From Octopus vulgaris (lineage: Eukaryota): 64,000 nt of DNA. The stretch lies in contig OX597836.1 of NCBI GenBank assembly GCA_951406725.2, positions 15,066,001-15,130,000 of the forward strand, written 5' to 3'. Below are positions 52,404 through 64,000 of this stretch, piece by piece. A model generated the notes under the pieces. It was given only the letters and a program-made list of their open reading frames with translations. It made no database searches and was not told where the DNA came from. The first letter of the stretch is position 1, and every line of letters begins with the position of its first letter. The position numbers and the translations under genes were made by a program.

Positions 52404-52705
52404 GGAGGCACATGACCTAGTGGTTAGAGCAGCAGACTTGCGGTTGAGGGATCACGGGTTCGAATCTCAGACCAAGTGATGTGTGTGTTTATGAGCAAAA
52501 CACCTAAGCTCCAAGTGGCTTCGGCAGAAGGTAATGGCGAAACTTCTGCTGACTCTTTCGCCACAACTTTCTCTCACTCTTTCCTCCTGCATCGTGCAGC
52601 TCACCTGCGACGGACCGGTGTCCCATCCAGGTGGGGAACCTATACGCCAAGAAACCGGGAGACCGGCCCTTATGAGCCATGTATGACTCGAGAATGAACA
52701 AACAA
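52404..52705 (+). mobile_element. SINE family D
   Basis: Homologous to 33647-33940. Confidence 0.85.
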
Positions 52706-53634
52706 TGGAGATTCTTTTGACACCTTTTCAGAGTGCCATCATTTACAGGTTAAAACAATGCAAAGCACATTGTCACCAGCAATGTACAACATCTGATAGT
52801 CTGACCAATACTGCAACACATTAAATGTTTATAAATTCCATCCAACGATTATTATTATTATTATTACTTGCCAGCTCTGTCTGGCCCCCGTGTCGGTGGC
52901 ACGTAAAAGCACCATCCGTTCGTGTCCGTTGCCAGCATCGCCTGGCCCCGTGCCGGTGACACGTAAAAGCACCATCCGTTCGTGGCCGTTTGCCAGCTCT
53001 GTCTGGCACCTGTGCGGGTGGCACGTAAAAAGCACCCACTACACTCACGGAGTGGTTGGCGTTGGGAAGGGCATCCAGCCGTAGAAACACTGCCAGATCT
53101 GACTGGGCCTGACGAAGCCTCCCAGCTTCACAGACCCCAGTTGAACCGTCCAACCCATGCTAGCATGGAAAGCGGACGCTAAATGATGATGATGATGATG
53201 ATGATTATTACTATATTTATCCCACATTATATGGGTACAGTTCAATGCAACCCCAAAAAACTAGTTCACCAGTCAGCATCATTAGACTGTGACCAGCATA
53301 ATGAAATTGGAGCTTTATTTGCATATTCCAAACATCTCTCATAAACAAGTTTAAAAGATATATATACATATATATAATAACAATTAAATAAATAAAACAT
53401 ATGCATACATACATACATACATATATGTACATGCCTACATCTATATGTAAGTATACATGCATATATGAGTACAGGACACCACAAAAGAACGTAGAACACA
53501 AGAAATGAAAACATAAAAACAAAACATGGAAACGGACTTTTTCAAATAACGAAAAATCAGAGTACAAGACAAACAACACAAGGAACATTCCCCTTCTTCA
53601 GCTGCCCCTACTTCGACTTATTCTGTGTTTCGGA

Positions 53635-53681
<47 letters not shown>

Positions 53682-53897
53682 TGTATGTATGTATGTATGT
53701 ATGTATGTATGTATGTATGTATGTATGTATGTATGTATGTATGTATGTATGTATGTATGCATGCATGCATGCATGCATGCATGCATGCATGCATGCATGT
53801 ATGTATGTATGTATGTATGTATGTATGTATGTATGTATGCATGCATGCATGCATGCATGCATGCATGTATGTATGCATGTATGTATGTACATATGTA

Positions 53898-54378
53898 TAT
53901 GAGGGTCAGCTGAAAAGTTAACAGGCTGAGCAAGATACTCTAAAGGAATGTGGCTAAATGAGGTTTATTTTTCAATATAGTTCCCTTTGCGTTTCACACA
54001 GTTCTGCTATCAGTGTTGCAGTGCTTGAATCCCATTGGGGTGAAAGCTTTCGTCCTGTGGCTCAAAAAAAGTCATCAACAGCAGATATGACGTCACCATC
54101 ACTGCAATAAGGGTTCCCAGCCCAATGCTTTTTGATGTTGGAGAGCAGACGATAGTGCAAATGAGATGAGACTAAATCAGGAGATTAAGGAGGATGATCA
54201 ATCAGTTCAAAGCCACATTCACACCCAGCAGCCTTTGAAAACTTAGGATTTGTTTGCTGGTGTATTGTCCTGATGAAACAAGGCCCCTTTTGTCAGTTTT
54301 TGTGGGCGTATAGTCTTGATAGCAATTCATAACTGCCTCAGCAAGTCGGTATGGTACTCTCCAGTGATGGTGTGACCC
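53898..54378 (-). mobile_element. Mariner right half, same family as 2050-3163
   Basis: TIR TATGAGGGTCAGCTGAAAAGTT; minus strand reads GHTITGEYHTDLLRQL*IAIK..LFHQDNTPA..DVISAVDDFF. Confidence 0.85.
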
Positions 54379-54389
54379 ATTTATTGTTT

Positions 54390-54768
54390 TATTTGTTTCA
54401 GTCATTTTGACTGTGCCATGCTGGAGCACAGCCTTTAGTCGAACAAACTGACCCCAGGACTTATTCTTTTGTAAGCCTAGTACTTATACTATTGGTCTCT
54501 TTTGCTGAAATGCTAAATTACGGGGATGTAAACACACCAACACTGGTTGTCAAGCAATGGTGGGGGGACAAACACAGACACACAGACACACAAACACACA
54601 CACACAATGGGCTTCTTTCAGTTTCCATCTACCAAATCCACTCACCATGCTTTGGTCAACCTGAGGCTATAGCAGAAGACACTTGCCCAAGGTGTCATAC
54701 AGTGGGACTGAACCCAGAACCATGTGGCTGGTAAGCAAGCTACTTACCACACAGCCACTCCTGCGCCT
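54390..54768 (-). mobile_element. SINE family A
   Basis: Reverse complement of the consensus. Confidence 0.88.
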
Positions 54769-55439
54769 ATATGTATGTGTATGTGTTTGAATATGTTTGT
54801 TGCTTAGTTCTAGGTCAGTCTTTATCAGGTATACCTATGATCAAATGCATTCCAGGTGAAACCGTTCATCTATTTTTCAGACATAGCATATCAAACACTT
54901 TATTTTTTAATTTATCCTTCCTTTTTTAAGACACTAGAATGCAATTTAAAAGATTTGACTACTGACTTTAGCAGATCAAAACAACCATGTATAGGATGGC
55001 TGTTGACTCATGGTTGTACATAGTATTTTCTTGCTGACCTTAATTTTAGTGAGTGGGGCAGTTCACTTTGACTTCCTCATCAAGCTGAACAGGCATGTCC
55101 CAGAATATTAAAATCACATCACTGTCAAAAACAAGGTTAGGTGCATGGTTTTAACAAATTAAATTCAGTTTTGATCTGACAGCCCCAAGATATACTAATT
55201 TACATGGTCATGTCTATGCATATCTTCTGTTGTCATGGCGACCAGGCCATTGAAAATGATGTGATTGATGTTTTTTTCTTTGAGTTAATTAAGCAGGTTG
55301 TAATTAACTATTTCAGCTTTCAGTTCAAGTCTTCTGAACTATTGCTGTCTTTAAGCCTTTTGATACAAATCTGACTGAGGCCCCCTGCCATCAAAATTTC
55401 ATTTTAATTTAAGCTCCAGACACCTGCTGAATAATGGTT

Positions 55440-56176
55440 TCAAATTTTGGCACAAGGCCAGCAATTTGTGGGGAGGGAGGGAATAAGTCGATTTCATCAA
55501 TCCCCACAGCTCAACTGGTACTTATTTTATCGACCCCGAAAATGATGAAAGGCCAAGTCAACCTCAGTAGAATTTGAACTTAGAACACACAGACAGAAGA
55601 AATGCTGCTAAGCATTTTACCTATTTCTTTACTACCCACAAGGGGCTAATCAGAGAGAGGACAAACAAGGACAGACAAACAGATTATATCGACCCCAGTG
55701 CATAACTGGTACTTATTCAATCGACCCCGAAAGGATGAAAGGCAAAGTTGACCTTGGCAAAATTTGAACTCAGAACGTAGCGGCAGACGAAATACCTATT
55801 TCTTTACTACCCACAAGGGGCTAAACACAGAGGGGAAAATCAAGGACAGACAAACGGATTAAGTCGATTATATCGACCCCAGTGCATAACTGGTACTTAT
55901 TTAATCGACCCCCGAAAGGATGAAAGGCAAAGTTGACCTCGGCGGAATTTGAACTCAGAACGTAGCGGCAGACGAAATACCTATTTCTTTACTACCCACA
56001 AGGGGCTAAACACAGAGAGGACAAACAAGGACAGACATAGTTATTAAGTCGATTATATCGACCCCCAGGATGAAAGGCAAGTCGACCTCAGCGGAATTTG
56101 AACTCAGAACGTAGCGGCAGACGAAATACCACTCAGCATTTTAGCTAGCATGCTAACAATTCTGCCAGCTCCTGCC
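55440..56176 (-). mobile_element. SINE family C tandem multimer
   Basis: Three to four ~180-bp modules and one head. Confidence 0.88.
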
Positions 56177-56282
56177 ACCCCCCACCCCCATACACCAGCT
56201 TGAAAGAAAAACTGTGGCATCACTGGAAGATTAACAGAGAAAATAGGTTTTACATGAGGCAGACGTGCAGGTATATTAAACA

Positions 56283-56871
56283 AAGGCGGCGAGCTGGCAG
56301 AAACGTTAGCACGCCGGGTGAAATGCGTAGCCGTATTTCGTCTGTCATTACGTTGTGAGTTCAAATTCCGCCAAGGTCAACTTTGCCTTTCCTCCTTTCG
56401 GGGTCGATAAATTAAGTACCAGTTACGCACTGGGGTCGATATAATCGACTTAATTCGTTTGTCTGTCCTTGTTTGTCCTCTCTGTGTTTAGCCCCTTGTG
56501 GGTAGTAAAGAAATAGGTATTTCATCTGCCGCTACGTTCTGAGTTCAAATTCCGCGAGGTCAACTTTGCCTTTCATCCTTTCGGGGTCAATAAATTAAGT
56601 ACCAGTTACGCACTGGGGTCGATGTAATCGACTTAATACCTATGTCTGTCCTTGTTTGTCTCCTCTATGTTTAGCCCCTTGTGGATAATAAAGAAATAGG
56701 TATTTCGTCTGTCGTTACGTTCTGAGTTCAAATTCTGTCGAGGTCAACTTTGCCTTTCATCCTTTCGGGGTCGATAAATTAAGTACCAGTTACGCACTGG
56801 GGTCGATCTAATCGTCTTAATACCTATGTTTGTCCCCCCTATGTTTAGCCCCTTATGGGTAATAAAGAAAT
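56283..56871 (+). mobile_element. SINE family C trimer
   Basis: One head plus three modules; 14-bp TSD AGGTATATTAAACA at 56269 and 56872. Confidence 0.9.
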
Positions 56872-57699
56872 AGGTATATTAAACACCAGGAATGTTCAAA
56901 ATATAGACTCCCTCAAATGTCAGGGGTTATTCTTAGAAGTAGCAGACATTTCCTGTTACTTAAGTGACCAAGTTAGCAGTGATATATATTGGTGTGTTTG
57001 CGTCCCTGTAACTTAGTGGTTCAGCAAAAGAAACCGATAGAATAAGTACTAGCTTACAAAGAATAAGTCCTGGGGTTGATTTGTCATGGCTGCAGTCAAA
57101 TGACTGAAACAGATAAAAGAATAAAAGAACCTATCATCATCATCATCGTTTAACGTCCGTTTTCTGTGCTAGCATGGGTTGGACGGTTCGACCGGGGTCT
57201 GGGAAGCCAAGAGGCTGTACCAGGCTCCAGTCTGATCTGGCAGTGTTTCTACAGCTGGATGCCCTTCCTAACGCCAACCACTCCATGAGTGTAGTGGGTG
57301 CTTTTTACGTGCCACCGGCACAGGTGCCAGGAGAGTCTGACAGCAGCCATGATCGGTCGGTGCTTTTAACATGCCACCGGCACGGAAGCCAGTCAAGGCT
57401 GCGCTGGCATCGGCCACGTTCGGATGGTGCTTTTTACGTGCCACTGGCACAGAAGCCAGTCGAGAAGCCAGTATATATGTATATATTCATACACACACAC
57501 ACATATACACGCACAAGTAAGCACATAGGTATAAAACAAAATCAAAAGTAGAATAAAGTGCAATTTTATTGAAGCAAACTCAGAGTTTCATGTAACTGTC
57601 CATCACCAGAAGGTAATGGTGAACTTCTGCTGACTCTTTTGCCACAACTTTCTCTCACTCTTTCCTCCAGCATCTTGCAGCTCACCCGCTGACTCTTCG

Positions 57700-58115
57700 C
57701 CATAATAGCAATGTTCCACCTTCAGATGAAAGCATGATTCCCTGCCCCGTAAAATTCTGTTGACTGTTCTTTGAGCCACTTCTTCACTACAGTTTTCACT
57801 TCCTTGTCACTGGAATAATGTTTGCCTCTCAAATCCTCTTTCATGGGACCAAAGAGATGATAGTCCAGTGATGAGGAAATGAAAACTGTAGTGAAGAAGT
57901 GGCTCAAAGAACAGTCAACAGAATTTTATGGGGCAGGGATACATGCTCTTATTCGAAGGTGGAACATTGCTATTGAGAGAAACGGTGACTGTGTTGAGAA
58001 GTAGGGATGTGATCCACAGAAGACCAGCTTCATTTTAATGTATGATACATGTTCCTGTGTTGGTAATTATACCTGCCCGAAACAAAATGGCATTACTTTT
58101 TGACTCACCCTCGTA
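57700..58115. mobile_element. Fold-back mariner derivative (second family)
   Basis: DYHLFGPMKEDLRGKHYSSDKEVKTVVKKWL on the minus strand, the same segment inverted on the plus strand, ending in TIR TTTTGACTCACCCTCGTA. Confidence 0.85.
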
Positions 58116-58464
58116 TGAAGGACAACTTCAGAACACTGAACCTTTTGGATGAGATGACAAAAGACCAAGTTACCTGGCACCTTGATGTACTCAAAAAAAA
58201 AACCAGTCCTTCACAGTGGAATTTATTCCCATTATTTTGAATAAGCAATGCATTATCTTGTAGCTTTGATGAAGAGGATCAGCCTGCAAGAGTTGTGTGT
58301 CAGTGCTACATTAAAAGCACCCAGTACACACTGTAAAATGGTTGGTGTTAGGAAGGGCATCCAGGCATAGAAACCAAGCCAAATCATAACATAACCTGGT
58401 GCAGCTCCCCAGCTTGCCAGCTCTGGTTAAATCGTTCAGCCCATGCCAGCATGGAAAACGGATG

Positions 58465-58686
58465 TTAACCCTTTTGTTACTGTATTTATTTTAAGATGCT
58501 CAGTGTTTCTTTCAAATACTTTAAATATAAGAAAGAATTTAGTAAAATACCTTAGTTATCATTAAGCTAGTGTTAGGAACATAAATTGTGACAAAATGTT
58601 TGGTGGCAGATTTTAATTGAAAACTTATGAAAACAAGACTACAGAACCAGAGCCGGTTTCAGCCAGGTTGGTAACGAAAGGGTTAA
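58465..58686. mobile_element. piggyBac-type MITE monomer
   Basis: TTAACCCTTTTGTTAC ... GTAACGAAAGGGTTAA. Confidence 0.9.
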
Positions 58687-59349
58687 AGGATGATGATGAT
58701 AATGATAGGCATATATTTATGTACTTTGTAAATAATACAAGAAATAAAAGTTCCATTTTATATCATTTTATTATATATTTCAATAAACTATACATAACAA
58801 TTTTTTCATACATTTTCTTTGTATATATACAACTGTAAAACAATATGTAATTAGTAACCCCTTATAATGAAGTTCAAATGATAAACTCAGAAAAGAAATT
58901 ATAAATTATTGAACACCTTTTCAGAGGTAACAATAATTTAATGCACATCTTACTGTTCCATGCTTCTGGCTATAACACCCAGTAGCCAGATATAACCAGC
59001 CAGGTCACACCCTGACCGCAACTGTTGATCACCAGATTTTGTGGTGACAGTGTAAAGAAATATGAAGATGATAATAGCACACTGTTAATGAAGATTTCAC
59101 TCAAAGAAAAACTTTAAATGTTGTAGATTTCTGTTGTATGTCATCAAGATGTATTTCACCCAATATGTACAAATGTTGTTGAAAGTTGATTGGAAAAGGG
59201 AGAGTTGTTTTTTATTACATGAGGGTTAAATCAAAACATATTTAGAGTGGAATGGAACATTGTGACATTGGTCCTTTCTCTGAAGTTAATAACAGTACAA
59301 CCAAGTTGAGAAATAGTTTAGTTCAAAACCTGAAATCACACATGACAAC

Positions 59350-59563
59350 GAAGGACATTTTATGTCTATGGAAGCGAACTCAGAATCTCGGTTAAGAGCG
59401 CGGGCTACTTACCCCAAGATTCCGAGTTCGATTCCAGGCAGTGACCTGAAGGACATTTTATGTCTCTGGAAGTGAACTCAGAATCTCGGTTAAGAGCGCA
59501 GGCTACTAACCCCAAGATTCCGAGTTCGATTTCAGGCAGTGACCTGAAGGACATTTTATGTCT
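59350..59563 (+). repeat. 98-bp tandem repeat containing the family E tRNA-like head
   Basis: GGTTAAGAGCGCRGGCTACTWACCCCAAGATTCCGAGTTCGATT occurs twice; units start at 59350, 59448 and 59546. Confidence 0.85.
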
Positions 59564-60231
59564 TTGCTCATCCTTTTAAGTCTTTTGATGCCGAAATTCT
59601 GTTGCAATGAAATGTACTGCTTTTGTCTCAATTTTCAAAACGACGAAGAACAATGTTAACCTCATGTTTAAAACATAGATTAATGTGAAATTTTGATGGA
59701 GAGTTTTAAAGTTAGATCACTTTTAAACAGGAAGTTTGTAGGCGTGGCTGTGTGGTAAGAAGCTTGCTTTCCAACCACATGGTTCAGGGTTCAGTCTCAC
59801 AGTGGTACCTTGGCAATATATCTTCTACTATAGACTCGGGTCGACCAAAGCCCTTCATATATATATGTGTATATATATATTTGTATCTATGTTTGTCTTC
59901 CACCATCACTGCTTGACAACCAGTGGTGGTGTGTTTATGTCCCCATAACCTAGCAGTTTGGCAAAAGAGACTGGTAGATTAAGTGTCATGATTTTAAAAA
60001 ATAAGTACTGGGGTTGATACTCTGTTATCTTAAAAAAGAAATATAACATACTTGGTAGTGGAAACCTAGATATACTATGCCTGGGGGGCAGGGGAGAAGA
60101 AAAAGACAATGGACAGAGTTACAATGCTTTTCATCATAAATGAATTAGTTCTGGGTTGATTTGGGACTAACGAAGCACAACAGCAACTTTAAATCATGAA
60201 TTTAAATTTCTGTGAGCTTATCTATAGTCGA

Positions 60232-60539
60232 GTGGAGACAGACTGGCCCAGTGGTTAGGGTAGTGGACTTGAGGTCAGAGGATCGCAGTTTCAATTCCCA
60301 AACTGGCCGTTGTGTGTGTTTATTGAGCAAAAACACCTAAAAGCTCCACGAGGCTCTGGCAGGGGGTGGTGGCGACCCCTGTTGTACTCCTTTGCCCCAA
60401 CTTTCTCTCACTCTTTCTTCCTGTTTCTTGAGTAACGCTGTGATGGACTAGCGTCCTATCCAGCTGGGGGGAACACATACGCCATAGAAACCGGACCCAT
60501 GAGCCTGGCTAGGCTTGAAAAGGGTGCATAAATAAAAAA
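60232..60539 (+). mobile_element. SINE family D
   Basis: 13-bp TSD TATCTATAGTCGA; homologous to 15494-15802. Confidence 0.88.
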
Positions 60540-60716
60540 TATCTATAGTCGACCTACTAAAAATAGCAACCAAATGGTGCTGGCTACAGTCTGAAAGAAA
60601 TAACAGCTTGTTACTAAACTACTAAAACTCAAGACTTCTGAAGGGAAACAACCAAATCTACCGTTTTCTGTCTCTACCATGACCACCACCACTAGTGGAA
60701 CCTGCAGACTGGACAG

Positions 60717-60944
60717 TTAACCCTTTAACATTTGGATTTCTTTGTTAAATGTAAAACTTATTTATTCCCATTATTTTGAATAAATAAGGCATTATCTTGT
60801 AGCTTTGATTATTTCAGTGATGTGATTGTATATTTTTAGAATGACATTGTAAGGTAAGTGTGAGAGGCCGGATCTAGCCAGTTTGAACATAAAATGGGTG
60901 GAGTATTTTGGCTGGAGATGGCTGGTTTAAATGCTAAAGGGTTA
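60717..60944. mobile_element. Second piggyBac-type MITE family
   Basis: TTAACCCTTTAACATTT ... AAATGCTAAAGGGTTA; related copy at 22374-22595. Confidence 0.75.
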
Positions 60945-62635
60945 CAGGCACAAGGCCTGATATTTTGTGGGTGGGAGTTACATCGATGCCAGTACTTGGC
61001 TGGTATCTATTTTATCAACCACCAAAAGGATGAAAGGCAAAGTTAACATCAGCAGGAATTTGAGATAATGAAACACTGCACCCTGCAGAAGAAACAGTCT
61101 CATGTTGGGTGTACAGAGTTTGTCAAGCAAATGGAGGTACGATACACCCAGAGTGCTGGATGTTGGTCACATCCAATGATTGAGATATTTACATAAACAT
61201 CTGATCAAGGAAGGCCAACAGAAGTTATATAACAAGAACATCCCAGAGTTACAGCAGGGGGGAAGGAAGGTCAGCAGCAATACCAGGGACTAAAAACCAC
61301 ATCAAGAACAGTAAGAAAATTCTGTATGTGAGTGTCCCCTTGGGAAAAATCAAAAATCCTAGTTTCATATCTCATAATATAAGATGCAACTTGCAGGTAC
61401 CTTACTCAACCCGTTAGTTACCATATTTCTGTTGAAATACACCCTCTTTATTTCAATTAATTTTGAAAATAATAAAGAATTAATTAAAATAACTAGGTGG
61501 TAATTGGGGCATACATTAACATGGAAGCTTAATGAGAAATTTTTATTTAGATCATCTTAAAATGGAAAGCTTATATCATAGAAGCAAAGGTGGTCTTGGG
61601 TGGGTTGGTACCAAAAGTATTAAAGTGAATTGTATTTGTAAGCATGAACAAAAAATATTGTATTAGGAGTAATAATAATTCTAATTTTTGGCACAAGGCC
61701 GGCAATTTTGAAGGGGAAGTAGAGTTAGTCAGTTACATCAGTTCCAGTACTTGACTGGTACTTTATTTTATCAATGCTGAAGGAAGAAATGGTAAAGTTG
61801 ACTTTGGCAGAATTTGAACTCTGAACATAAAGGAATGTTGCTAGGCATTTTGTCTGACACTCTGATGATACTGCCACCTTCTTGCCACCTTGAATTATTA
61901 TTTAATAATAAAAAAAAAATCTCAGTAAGAGTCAAATGTTTATGAAAATATGGATGTGTGTGTGTGTAGTGGCAGAAATGTTAGCGCGCCGGACAAAATG
62001 CTTAGCGGTAGTTTGTCTGCCGTTACGTTCTGAGTTCAAATTCCGCCGAAGTCGACTTTGCCTTTCAGGATCGATAAATAAAGAACCAATTACACACTGG
62101 GGTCGATGTAGTCGACTTAATCCCTTTGTCTGTCCCTTCTATGTTTAACCCCTTGTGGGCAATAAAAAAATATATTATATTGTATGACTATGTATGTACA
62201 CACACACACACACACAGACAGACATCCAACTAAACCCCACTTATCTTACAAAACCAAGTTTACAAGATGAGTGGGGCACAGTTGTATGGTTTGTCCTTTC
62301 TCCACTCCTACCCCGTTTATTACTGTGCCAGGATAGGTTGAAGGGCAAAGTTAACCCTTGTATGGTTTTGAATGCAGAAGAAAGACACAGGTGATCTACT
62401 CTAAGCAATAATAATAATGTCTTCATTATTTTCATTTGTACAAAAATGTTAGAAATTGATAATAAATTCTTGAAATATTCTTATAAGTACAAAAATAAAA
62501 GCAAAAAGGAAAAGTGTATAACTCTCAATGCCATTAAATTGTTATTGTGTCTAATGATATACTGTCCACATTTTGTTCTCTATATCAGCCACTTACTGCT
62601 TGAAGCTTACAAACTTCCTACACTTGGATCCCCAG

Positions 62636-62684
<49 letters not shown>

Positions 62685-62779
62685 TTTATTTAAAAGCAGT
62701 AACCCTGGTATTTGAGTACTCTTTTTTCCACCTTGTTTCACATTTATGTGTTTACTCTAGTATATATATATATATATAT

Positions 62780-62822
<43 letters not shown>

Positions 62823-62826
<4 letters not shown>

Positions 62827-63047
62827 TGAGAGATGCTGAAAAGTTACTGACTTTGAGTACAAGAAAGTACAGGAGGATCTGATAATTATGATTTTATTCA
62901 ACATATTCCCCTCTCAGATTCACACACTTATTACAGTGGTCCTTCAGTTTTTCTAAGCCTTGTAAAAAGAACTAGAAAGGTTGGGCCCTCCAACCAGACC
63001 TTTTGTGATACATTTAAAGCAAGGAACTTTACAGCACCCACTTCGTA
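62823..63047. mobile_element. Mariner-type MITE
   Basis: Degenerate TIRs ATGCTGAAAAGTTACT / AGGAACTTTACAGCACCCACTTCGTA within TA runs. Confidence 0.6.
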
Positions 63048-63079
63048 TATACATACATATATATATATATATATATACA

Positions 63080-63119
<40 letters not shown>

Positions 63120-63679
63120 TTTCAGTGTTGAAACTATGAAAACTGGAATGGGTTTAGTCACTTCATTCATGCAGTTTAAATTAAATTGAAGAATAATCTT
63201 AGAAGCAGGTGAGATAGAAGAGAAAGGGGATGAAAGTAGAAAAGTAGATCAGGGGTAAAAAAAAAAATAGGAGGGTGTTACCCTAAGTTTAGCAATCCAA
63301 CAGAGACGAAGTTTGGAAGGAAGGAAGGAAGGAAGGAAAGAAATAAAAAAAAAAGAACAGAGGAAAATGAAAAGGAAGAAACAGGAAAGAAATGTAGACA
63401 AAACAAAAAGGATAACAATTAAATCAAGGTAAGTTTAGTAAATTATGGAGAAGGGAGTTTTTGTTTGTTTGTGTTTGTTTGTGTTATTTTTACATACTCA
63501 GAGACGTTTTGATAGGAATTCTTACTTTTAACATGAGTTGTTTTCGTTAAATTCGCTTTCTCACTTCTGATAGAAGAGAAAACGCCAAAGTTTTCAGAAG
63601 TGTTTTGGCAGTTTTAAAAGAAACAAGTGCTGGAAGGAGAGCAAGACACGTGAAAGAATGGATGAGTGTTAGTATTTCT

Positions 63680-64000
63680 TCAGAGCACCCTATATTTGTA
63701 GAAATAGCAGAGACCATTACTGAAGTTCCAACCAGCAATGAGAGACAGGAAGTACACAAACACTAGCAACGTCATTGGATACAGCAGGGAGCGGGTGTTC
63801 TTGAGGAAAGGCAACGCACTGTAGCCGAGGAAAGTTATGTAGACATAGTATCCGATAGCAACAAGCCAGAGGGTGTTGCCAAACAGTCTGGACAGGAACA
63901 AGTCATAGTTTATCACAGAATTTAAGAAGGCTAGCTGGAAGAGATGTAATATCATGAGTAAAGGGAAAAAAGCGTTCAGGTGTACGTCGAACGCGTATCC
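63680..64000 (-). CDS. unc50: Protein unc-50 homolog (Golgi multi-pass membrane protein), C-terminal 106 aa; 5' part outside the window
   Basis: GYAFDVHLNAFFPLLMILHLFQL...GNTLWLVAIGYYVYITFLGYSALPFLKNT..LLYP...GWNF...FYKYRV* closely matches the conserved UNC-50/Gmh1 C-terminus. Confidence 0.96.
   Translation of the reverse strand, partial: GYAFDVHLNAFFPLLMILHLFQLAFLNSVINYDLFLSRLFGNTLWLVAIGYYVYITFLGYSALPFLKNTRSLLYPMTLLVFVYFLSLIAGWNFSNGLCYFYKYRVL

Noticed and set aside
58930-59250. Unique-looking segment as a possible coding exon
   Set aside because: No convincing splice pair or recognisable protein; may be UTR.

Overview
Repeat-saturated, AT-rich animal genomic DNA. The SINE families, the dense (TA)n/(CA)n/(GATA)n/(CAT)n microsatellites and the very long introns point to an octopod cephalopod (inference, not verified). 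The only confidently identified host CDS is the C-terminal part of unc-50 (minus strand, 63680-64000). A second, unidentified minus-strand gene probably starts near 43690 and runs off the left edge through a few short candidate exons (43555, 13061, 9811, 1000). The rest is mobile-element debris: at least four SINE families, RTE, CR1 and Hero-type LINE fragments, Penelope-like (GIY-YIG, Naiad-type) fragments, mariner, Sola1 and Helitron relics, and piggyBac-, Tc1- and hAT-type MITEs. Almost all long ORFs in the supplied track are microsatellite or SINE artefacts. The most interesting hidden signal is a set of at least eight type I hammerhead-ribozyme motifs (CTGANGA...GAAA with stems I-III) from several Penelope-associated repeat families. 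One sits in a short element with a tRNA-derived Pol III head (24050-24293), a candidate ribozyme-bearing SINE/retrozyme. Other notable items: SINE multimers inserted under a single TSD, piggyBac MITE multimers with a conserved linker, and a CR1 LINE tail that matches the tail of the dominant SINE. All calls were read by eye; coordinates of degraded elements are approximate.
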